Virus record (IMG/VR): IMGVR_UViG_3300033068_001747
Length of the DNA: 64,000 bases
Source of the DNA: a virus
Taxonomy: Duplodnaviria; Caudoviricetes
Reading direction: 5' to 3' (one strand)
The notes under the pieces are model-generated. The model did not search any database. It had not been told where the DNA came from and worked only from the letters and a program-made list of their open reading frames with translations. How positions within the stretch are numbered: the first letter of the stretch is position 1; every line of letters starts with the position of its first letter. The translations under genes and the position numbers were made by a program. Shown piece by piece: positions 57,479-64,000 of this stretch.

Positions 57479-57523
57479 ATGAAAAATAGATTTAATTTTA
57501 ATGTCCATTGTAGCCATAGATAA
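57479..57523 (+). promoter_or_regulatory. Candidate His leader peptide MKNRFNFNVHCSHR* with overlapping hairpin
   Basis: uORF right after a TACATTTG promoter; two CAT codons; hairpin tgtagcc...ggctata (57509-57536). Confidence 0.55.
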
Positions 57524-57541
57524 TATCTGGGCTATAAAACT

Positions 57542-58204
57542 ATGTACAAAAAATTAAAACTAAAAACAATGGAAATTAAATTAAAAAATACCTATAAAGG
57601 AACAAGAATAATATTTGCTGAAACTGCAAAAAGAAAAAGAACTATTTTGAACCAAATGATTGAAATACTTGAATCATATGGTTACCAAGAAATGATGATT
57701 CCTGTCATTCAATTATCTGATACATTTGCTAAAAAAGTTGGTGAAGAAAACAATAACATGATGTACACTTTTACTGATAGAGGTAATAGAGACATCTGTT
57801 TAGCACCAGAATATACTGCTGTTGTGCAACAACTTGCAAATGAAACATTCAAAATGACTAAAGATGTAAAACTCTTTTACATTGGAGAATGTTTTAGAGG
57901 CGAAAGACCTCAGGCATCAAGATGGAGACAATTTACACAATTTGGTGTTGAAGTAATCAATCCAAGAAAAGATTACACAGATGAATTGTTAGAAATAGCA
58001 AAGAAACTTATTGAAATAGTCACAGATAACTATGAAGTTAATTTAGATGCAACTAGAGGACTTGACTACTATACTGGTGGTAAAGGATTTGAGATTTCTT
58101 GTCCACAATTAGGTGCAGCCAAACAAATTTGCGGAGGTGGCTCTTATCAAGGAGGAGTGGGACTGGCTATAGGTGTGGATAGATTACTGAATTGTAACCA
58201 ATAA
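57542..58204 (+). CDS. hisS: Minimal histidyl-tRNA synthetase-like catalytic domain containing no His
   Basis: KGTR, LAPEYTA, FRGERPQASRWRQFTQFGVE, RGLDYYTG, GGGSY, G.AIGVDRL. Confidence 0.85.
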   Translation: MYKKLKLKTMEIKLKNTYKGTRIIFAETAKRKRTILNQMIEILESYGYQEMMIPVIQLSDTFAKKVGEENNNMMYTFTDRGNRDICLAPEYTAVVQQLANETFKMTKDVKLFYIGECFRGERPQASRWRQFTQFGVEVINPRKDYTDELLEIAKKLIEIVTDNYEVNLDATRGLDYYTGGKGFEISCPQLGAAKQICGGGSYQGGVGLAIGVDRLLNCNQ

Positions 58205-59028
58205 GTATTTTTAACCCTTTTTTGTAAACCTCTACAACATAAAGATATTTTATATGGATCTAGATTGGTGAGTTTAGCTGCTTCATAGTAACTATTAAAC
58301 TCACCAATTTTAGTACCATCCAAATAGAAACCTACTACCTTTGACTTCATTGAGTCATGTGATTTTATATTTCTTGTATTAATCTCTTCTTTACTTAGAT
58401 AGTCTCCATGATTCTTAAATATATGAGATTTCACTATATTAAACTCTCCACTTATACAAAGTCTAATTGATTTTGCTTTAGTATTAGTTTCTCTTTCCGC
58501 TTCTCTTATAGACTTGAAGGTTTTTAAGAATTTACCATTCTTGTCATAAAAATCTACCTTTATACATCTTTTACTATTTTTAAGTTTAAGTATTGTCTCT
58601 TCTGACAGTTTATTTCCTAAATTTATAGTTCTTAGTTTTTTCCTTGTCTCTTCACTTACTTTTTTACCAGTATTACTAAGTCTAATCTTTTCTATTGTTT
58701 CTCTTGAACATCTAATTTTACCATAAGGACTTGTTGGTTCTATATTAAATCCAAAATTTTTATCATGTGTATTTAAAATATTACACCACCAGTTTTCCAT
58801 ACTAGGTAAAGATTCAATTAAGTAATCATCTATTATATCAAATGAAAAATTACCATTATATTTGTTCCAAGAATTTTGCATATGTATATTAGGATGCCTA
58901 CACTCTCTTAGCTGTGATTTATGTTTAGAAAGCCTTTCTTTACAATTTACACTCCTGCCTATATAGTGCTTATTACTTGATAAACAAGTTATTATATAGA
59001 TACCAGAAATTTTATTTTTATATGCCAA
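58147..59028 (-). mobile_element. GIY-YIG homing endonuclease with NUMOD3/NUMOD1 repeats
   Basis: SGIYII...HYIGRS; SEETRKKL; FKSIREA. Confidence 0.85.
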
Positions 59029-59096
59029 TTTATAAACATTTTATTTGTTATATATATAAATAATTACTATATTTGTAAGTAAATAAAAATAAAATT

Positions 59097-59266
59097 ATGT
59101 TAGAAAATGCAATTATAAAAGACTATGAGTTAACATTAAAAGTAGATTTTGAATGTCCCATTGTGGTCACTTACAAACATTAGAAATGAATGTATCAGCA
59201 TATAGTTCAGTTGCAGAAGATCCAACTGATGATATGTGTGAAAAATACGAAGAGTTTTACTATTAA
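59097..59266 (+). pseudogene. Frameshifted small zinc-ribbon ORF
   Basis: ...FECP, then HCGH continues in another frame near 59158. Confidence 0.4.
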
Positions 59267-59280
59267 ACAAATAATAATAT

Positions 59281-59574
59281 ATGGATAATCAACCAACTTA
59301 TAAAATAAATGGATTAGAAAGACGTAAGGTAAAGAAACATTTAGTAGAATTAAAATCTTTCGTTAAAAACTTTTGGTACTATCATAATTTAGATAAAGAT
59401 ATGTATGCTTTCTACTCACCAAATGATAAATCTCAAATGTCTGATACAAATGCACAACTATTATATGATAAAAAGATTTTAGAAATTGAAGAAATTAGTT
59501 TAAAATTAGATGAACCTTATAAATCAATTTCTGATATAAGAAATGAAAAAATAGAAAGTATAGTTAATGAGTAA
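59281..59574 (+). CDS. Hypothetical protein with C-terminal tag
   Basis: DIRNEKIESIVNE. Confidence 0.55.
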   Translation: MDNQPTYKINGLERRKVKKHLVELKSFVKNFWYYHNLDKDMYAFYSPNDKSQMSDTNAQLLYDKKILEIEEISLKLDEPYKSISDIRNEKIESIVNE

Positions 59575-59636
59575 TAAAAATACAAAATTGGAGTACTTAC
59601 AACAAAATAATTTTTTATTATATAAAAAATAATAAT

Positions 59637-59706
59637 GGCGGAATGGCTGAGTGTTAGGCGAGGGACCGCAAGTTCCTACACAGAGGTTCGATTCCTTTTT
59701 CCGCCT
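59637..59706 (+). tRNA. tRNA-Cys (GCA) with C33
   Basis: ggcggaa/ttccgcc acceptor, U73, loop CCGCAAG. Confidence 0.8.
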
Positions 59707-59811
59707 CAGTTTGGTAAACTACCTTAAAAATCCTAAAGAGATTCGTTTCTTTGGGATTTTTTTATTATCTTTGTAAATGAATTAGTTTTCCCAGAAAACT
59801 CAAAAATACAT

Positions 59812-60072
59812 ATGGAAGAAAGAACATTAGAACAAAAATTAAAAGACTTACTTATTTCAACTTATGAAAAGGTAGGAGATAAAATACAAAGTCCAGGTAG
59901 ACAACTTTTAACTCCTCAACAAATAGTTGAAGAACTTAAAAATGACACAGAAATAGGTATACAATACTACAAAGGTATTATTGGACTAACTGTTGAACTT
60001 TTAATGAGAGATAAAATTCACTTGGATGAACGAAGAAATGAAAAGATAAATGAACTACTTAATAAACGATAA
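59812..60072 (+). CDS. Hypothetical protein with C-terminal tag
   Basis: ERRNEKINELLNK. Confidence 0.55.
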   Translation: MEERTLEQKLKDLLISTYEKVGDKIQSPGRQLLTPQQIVEELKNDTEIGIQYYKGIIGLTVELLMRDKIHLDERRNEKINELLNKR

Positions 60073-60253
60073 CGGTGAAGTTGTTTGTATGTCTGCAAAT
60101 AGAACCCCTAAAGTAAAGTGGGACACACTAACTTTAGCCCAAGTAAATGCAGAATACTTAAATAAAACATATCCAAAAAAAGATACTAAACTAGTTGCAT
60201 ATCAATGTGACCAGTGTGGTTATTATCATTTAACAACAAAATATGAAATATGA
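60050..60253 (+). CDS. Small zinc-finger protein
   Basis: AYQCDQCGYYHLT. Confidence 0.6.
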   Translation: MNYLINDNGEVVCMSANRTPKVKWDTLTLAQVNAEYLNKTYPKKDTKLVAYQCDQCGYYHLTTKYEI

Positions 60254-60399
60254 GATATATAATTTTACTAATATTAGTAACCGTAACCGCTTGTTCATCA
60301 TCAAAACCAATAAAGGAAAAAGAATTAAAGAAAAAATATAACCCTACCCAAAAATACTTCAAACGAAAAATTGAAAATAAAAAAACACAACTTGCATAA
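60250..60399 (+). CDS. Small lipoprotein (49 aa)
   Basis: MRYIILLILVTVTAC lipobox; not in the ORF track. Confidence 0.45.
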   Translation: MRYIILLILVTVTACSSSKPIKEKELKKKYNPTQKYFKRKIENKKTQLA

Positions 60400-60401
60400 A
60401 A

Positions 60402-60764
60402 ATGGAAAATAAAACAGACTTTGGAACTAATCCAATAAAACACAAGAAACATAAACTACATAAAAAAATATACAAAGAGTATAAGAATGCAACCCCTAAA
60501 GAGATATGGGATGGTTTAAGAGATAATTTTATCTTTGGGTTCTTAGGAGCTACCTTAGTAGTTTTCATTGCAACCAGAACAGATATTGCAGTTTTAATTG
60601 GTTATTTAGTTTACTACTTCTTCATGGGAAGAATTGTAAATAGACCAAAATATGTAACTGACCTAGGAAAACTAATTGTATTTCCAATTCCATCGGCACT
60701 TGGTGCCTTTACTGGATATAAATTATCCTTAATCTTAATAGAATTAGTTAAACAATATTTATAA
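60402..60764 (+). CDS. Membrane protein
   Basis: Three hydrophobic segments. Confidence 0.55.
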   Translation: MENKTDFGTNPIKHKKHKLHKKIYKEYKNATPKEIWDGLRDNFIFGFLGATLVVFIATRTDIAVLIGYLVYYFFMGRIVNRPKYVTDLGKLIVFPIPSALGAFTGYKLSLILIELVKQYL

Positions 60765-60789
60765 AAAAACCACTCAATCGAGTGGTTTT

Positions 60790-61254
60790 TTAGTTTATTA
60801 AGATTAGAGTGTAATACTTTTTACCAGAGGGAGAAATTGTAATCGCAACTCCAATCCTACTTCTATTTGGTTCATCTAAAATCTTTTTACAAGAAGCATC
60901 TGCAATAAATGATGCCATAACACTTTGATTTGTACTATAGTTATAACCAATCAATTCCGAAACATTTATAGTGTTCATTGTTAGTCTTAGATTATGTATT
61001 CTTTCTTCAAAGTTTTGGTGTCCAATAACTCCGGTTTGAATCATATTTTGATTATGTTCAGAACATAAATAACCAATATGTTCAATAGATTGTAAAGGTA
61101 AAAGTCCATTTGCTACTCTATAATTATTTACTTGCTCTATTAAATTTACTTCACTAGTCGAATAGTTATAAGGCATAATAGGTGGAATAACTTCTGAGTC
61201 AGAAGAACATCCTAATAATAAAATGAACGATAATAAAGTAATTATAAATTTCAT
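60790..61254 (-). CDS. CAP/SCP-domain lipoprotein
   Basis: LLGC lipobox; VNNYR..NGL, H...M.....IGH. Confidence 0.75.
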   Translation of the reverse strand: MKFIITLLSFILLLGCSSDSEVIPPIMPYNYSTSEVNLIEQVNNYRVANGLLPLQSIEHIGYLCSEHNQNMIQTGVIGHQNFEERIHNLRLTMNTINVSELIGYNYSTNQSVMASFIADASCKKILDEPNRSRIGVAITISPSGKKYYTLILIN

Positions 61255-61304
61255 AGTAATGATTATATAAAAAAAACCCAGAAAGTTATTTCTGGGTTTT
61301 ATTT

Positions 61305-61919
61305 TTATTTAAAATCGAACTTTACAGTTGGTGCTTTTTCTGCACCTGGGTCTGATTTAAAATAAAGTAATTCTTTAAAGTTAAATCCAAATGCACTATT
61401 AATCCAACTATTTGGAAAAGATAAAATATGTAAGTTGTAAGGATTTACACTATCATTATATCTATCTCTTGCAATCTTAATTCTATTTTCAGTTCCTTCT
61501 AATTCTGTTTGTAATCTTAAAAAGTTTTCATTTGCTTTTAAGTCTGGATATTTCTCAACTGATACCATCAATCTTGAAAGAGCAGAACTAACTCCTGTTT
61601 GAGATTTTTGGAAAGCTTCTAATTGAGCAGGTGTAACTTTTGATGGATCAATTGTTACCGCAGTTGCTTTAGCTCTTGCTTCAATCACTGCAGTCAATGT
61701 AGACTTCTCAAAATTTGCAGCACCTTGAACGGTATTTACTAAATTACCGATTAAATCATTTCTACGTTGATAAGACGACTCTACGTTACCCCAAGCTGTT
61801 TTAGAGTCTTGTTGTAACCTAATAGCGGTGTTATTGAACCCAACCACTTTACTATAAAGTGAGAATAAAATTACTACTAAGATACCACCACCAATTAACC
61901 ATTTTACTGTACTATTCAT
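61305..61919 (-). CDS. lemA: LemA family protein
   Basis: YQRRNDLI.NLV, EKYPDLKANENF, GTENRI. Confidence 0.93.
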   Translation of the reverse strand: MNSTVKWLIGGGILVVILFSLYSKVVGFNNTAIRLQQDSKTAWGNVESSYQRRNDLIGNLVNTVQGAANFEKSTLTAVIEARAKATAVTIDPSKVTPAQLEAFQKSQTGVSSALSRLMVSVEKYPDLKANENFLRLQTELEGTENRIKIARDRYNDSVNPYNLHILSFPNSWINSAFGFNFKELLYFKSDPGAEKAPTVKFDFK

Positions 61920-61955
61920 ATTTATTTGTATTTATTTAGTTATTTATTATTTTTA

Positions 61956-63629
61956 TTACCAACCTGAGCTTGCTCCACCACCAGAACTTCCACCACCACC
62001 AAATCCACCAAAGGACGAACCACTATCTGAACTTGAACTCCAACTTGATGAAGAACTTGAACTACTTGAGTAGTAACTATCTCTTCTTCTTCTATCTTCA
62101 TCAGCTTTTCTTTGTCTTTCACGTCTTTCTTCTTCCTCTTCATCAGATTTTCTTCTACGTAAAGTAGAAACTAAAGAAGCAATACTCGCTAACAACGTTG
62201 CAAAGATAAGGGCTAATGCTAAATAATCGGAAGAACTAGATACTTTTTTTCTAAAACTTTCATATTCTCTTTCAACTTTCTCAAGTTCACCAGTTCTCAA
62301 GTAACCTTTGTATCTTGGAATGTCTGACATCGCAGATTGAATTGTCGTATCTGCTGCACTTAATTTAGACTTTGCATTCTCAATCTCAATCAAATAGTTT
62401 GAAACTTCTCTACTATCTCTAATAGAGTATGATAAGTTATCTTTGAAATCTTTTGATTGTTCAATCGCTTTATCAACATCGACATCTAAAAGTGCTTTTA
62501 TTGCAACAACATCATCTGATAAACTATCAAGATAATTAGAAATGTCTGTATAAGATTTAGAATAACCATAAGATTTAATTTTCTCTAAATCTGATAACGC
62601 TCTTTTATTTGTAAATTTAGCATCACTTACTAAACCATCTAATCTTGAAATTGAAGAAACATTATCTTTATACTCAGAGTTTAATCTATTAAAAGAACGA
62701 ACTTCATCAGTAATAGAACTTCTCAATGATTTAAGTGAACTTAAATAAACATCATTATCATCGTTTTTTAATGTATCAATTGATTTAACTGACTTATCTA
62801 ACTCATTTTTAACTGACTCATATCTAATTTTCAAAACTTTACTATTTGAAAAAGCAACACTGTCAATAGTAATAGATTTTATTGCATCAATATTATCTAA
62901 AATATCTTTTTTAACTCTAGTCTTTCTTACTTCTTCTAGTCTAGCTCTTTCTTTTTCTTCTGCGATTTTTCTTCTTCTTTGTCTATCAATAAAGTAAATC
63001 AAAACAAAGATACCAACAATTGCTGCACCAATCAAAAAGTTTGTTAAACCATCCATAAATGCGGCTCTAGCTGCAGCGTCTTCTTTATCCTGCTTAGCTT
63101 TTCTTTGTCTTTCCCACTCTTTCTTTTGCTCTAACAACTTAACCTTAGTTGCAAAAGTAGAACTTCCTAATATTTTTGTTATAAAATTGATACAGTTAGT
63201 AGTACCTTCAGCATAATTACCTGCTCTAAATGAAGGTTTTACAACTTCTAATGCGTCGTAAGCTTCGGCATCTGTGAAGAATGGTTCCATACCATTACCA
63301 GTTTCGATTCTACTTGCTCTGTCTTCCATAGAGAAAACAATAAGTAAACCGTTATCTGCACCTTTTTTACCAATACCAATTCTATTAAATTGTTGATCGG
63401 CATATTCCTCGATTGAAGTATCACCGAGTGAAGTAGTAGTAATTACACCAATTTCGATTGATGTTTTCTTTTCGTAATCCGAAATAAGTTTGTTTAATTC
63501 TGCCTCCTGAGCTGGAGTGTAGAAGTTACCGTTATCAGTTACCCAATTTTGTGGTGTAAAAGATTTAGTATCTTGTGCACTAACAGTGAAAGATACGATT
63601 GCCAATAGTGATAGTAGTATTTTTTTCAT
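61956..63629 (-). CDS. TPM-domain membrane protein
   Basis: WVTD, IGKKGADNGLL, RIETG.GME; FGGFGGGGSSGGGASSGW tail. Confidence 0.88.
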   Translation of the reverse strand: MKKILLSLLAIVSFTVSAQDTKSFTPQNWVTDNGNFYTPAQEAELNKLISDYEKKTSIEIGVITTTSLGDTSIEEYADQQFNRIGIGKKGADNGLLIVFSMEDRASRIETGNGMEPFFTDAEAYDALEVVKPSFRAGNYAEGTTNCINFITKILGSSTFATKVKLLEQKKEWERQRKAKQDKEDAAARAAFMDGLTNFLIGAAIVGIFVLIYFIDRQRRRKIAEEKERARLEEVRKTRVKKDILDNIDAIKSITIDSVAFSNSKVLKIRYESVKNELDKSVKSIDTLKNDDNDVYLSSLKSLRSSITDEVRSFNRLNSEYKDNVSSISRLDGLVSDAKFTNKRALSDLEKIKSYGYSKSYTDISNYLDSLSDDVVAIKALLDVDVDKAIEQSKDFKDNLSYSIRDSREVSNYLIEIENAKSKLSAADTTIQSAMSDIPRYKGYLRTGELEKVEREYESFRKKVSSSSDYLALALIFATLLASIASLVSTLRRRKSDEEEEERRERQRKADEDRRRRDSYYSSSSSSSSSWSSSSDSGSSFGGFGGGGSSGGGASSGW

Positions 63630-63686
63630 ACGACAAAGATACATGAAAAATTATTACCTACAATATTTTTTGTATATTTTTTTAGA

Positions 63687-64000
63687 TTAGTTTTCTATTG
63701 AATTGATTATACCATCTAAAAACTTTTTGGCTTCTTCCGGTGTTAAATCATTAAGATCTTTACCACTATCAACCGAGAAAGCATAATCACCAAGTTTGAT
63801 TAGTTTTTCACCTGCTTTATCATTATCATAAATAACAACTTTAGTTTGTGGTAAAGTTTTAAGCCAGTAATTTAATTGTGGATTTGGATCATTACAAAGT
63901 ACCGCAATTCCTGGATAACCCACTTCATGAGCTCTAGCTATATCAAAAATTCCTTCTGTAATAAATAAGTATTTGTCGGTCATTTTTAGTGATTCTAATC
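63687..64000 (-). CDS. TOPRIM-domain (primase-like) protein, probably truncated by the window
   Basis: ITEGIFD, YDNDKAG, KDLND; frame is open to the window edge. Confidence 0.75.
   Translation of the reverse strand, partial: LESLKMTDKYLFITEGIFDIARAHEVGYPGIAVLCNDPNPQLNYWLKTLPQTKVVIYDNDKAGEKLIKLGDYAFSVDSGKDLNDLTPEEAKKFLDGIINSIEN

Noticed and set aside
1750-62167. Many short antisense or alternate-frame ORFs in the track (e.g. 1750, 5085, 6616, 17504, 19850, 24081, 31542, 56873, 61970)
   Set aside because: They overlap well-supported genes and lack motifs or initiation context
1-64000. Genome-wide TAG reassignment (code 15)
   Set aside because: Long genes are intact in code 11, and trxB and purA end in TAG at the expected C-terminus; only one convincing internal TAG was found
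1-64000. Bacterial chromosome origin
   Set aside because: Housekeeping genes are isolated, truncated and mixed with orphan ORFs, homing endonucleases and PseT; no typical operon context such as rimP-nusA-infB. No structural phage genes are in the window, so the phage call remains an inference

Overview
Strongly AT-rich, gene-dense window with frequent strand switches. It reads as part of a jumbo (T4-like) bacteriophage infecting Bacteroidota, probably Flavobacteriia. Evidence: many TTTG-N19-21-TAnnTTTG promoters, Bacteroidota-type nusA, clpP, purA, trxB, a TonB receptor and a T9SS cargo protein, dozens of short orphan ORFs, free-standing homing endonucleases and a tRNA/ncRNA cluster. The code is standard (11). 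The dominant theme is a translation-rescue toolkit: five miniaturised aminoacyl-tRNA synthetase-like genes, RNA ligase, PNK, a HAD-tRNA-binding fusion, a ppGpp hydrolase-like HD protein and a Pth2-HD fusion. Main unexplained signals: (1) four of the mini-synthetases avoid or recode their own amino acid (ArgRS-like has 0 Arg in 392 aa, HisRS-like has 0 His plus a His leader peptide, LeuRS-like uses TTG for 24/26 Leu, GluRS-like uses GAG for 13/21 Glu); (2) an RNase P RNA catalytic domain is split into two pieces 3.8 kb apart; (3) a Pth2-HD gene has an in-frame TAG at codon 5, 0.4 kb after an atypical CUA-anticodon tRNA; (4) five tRNA-Glu-scaffold repeats have hypervariable anticodon arms, each preceded by a different hairpin RNA; (5) two peptide tags, one N-terminal and one C-terminal, are shared by many unrelated proteins. 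All pairings and counts were done by eye and need computational confirmation.
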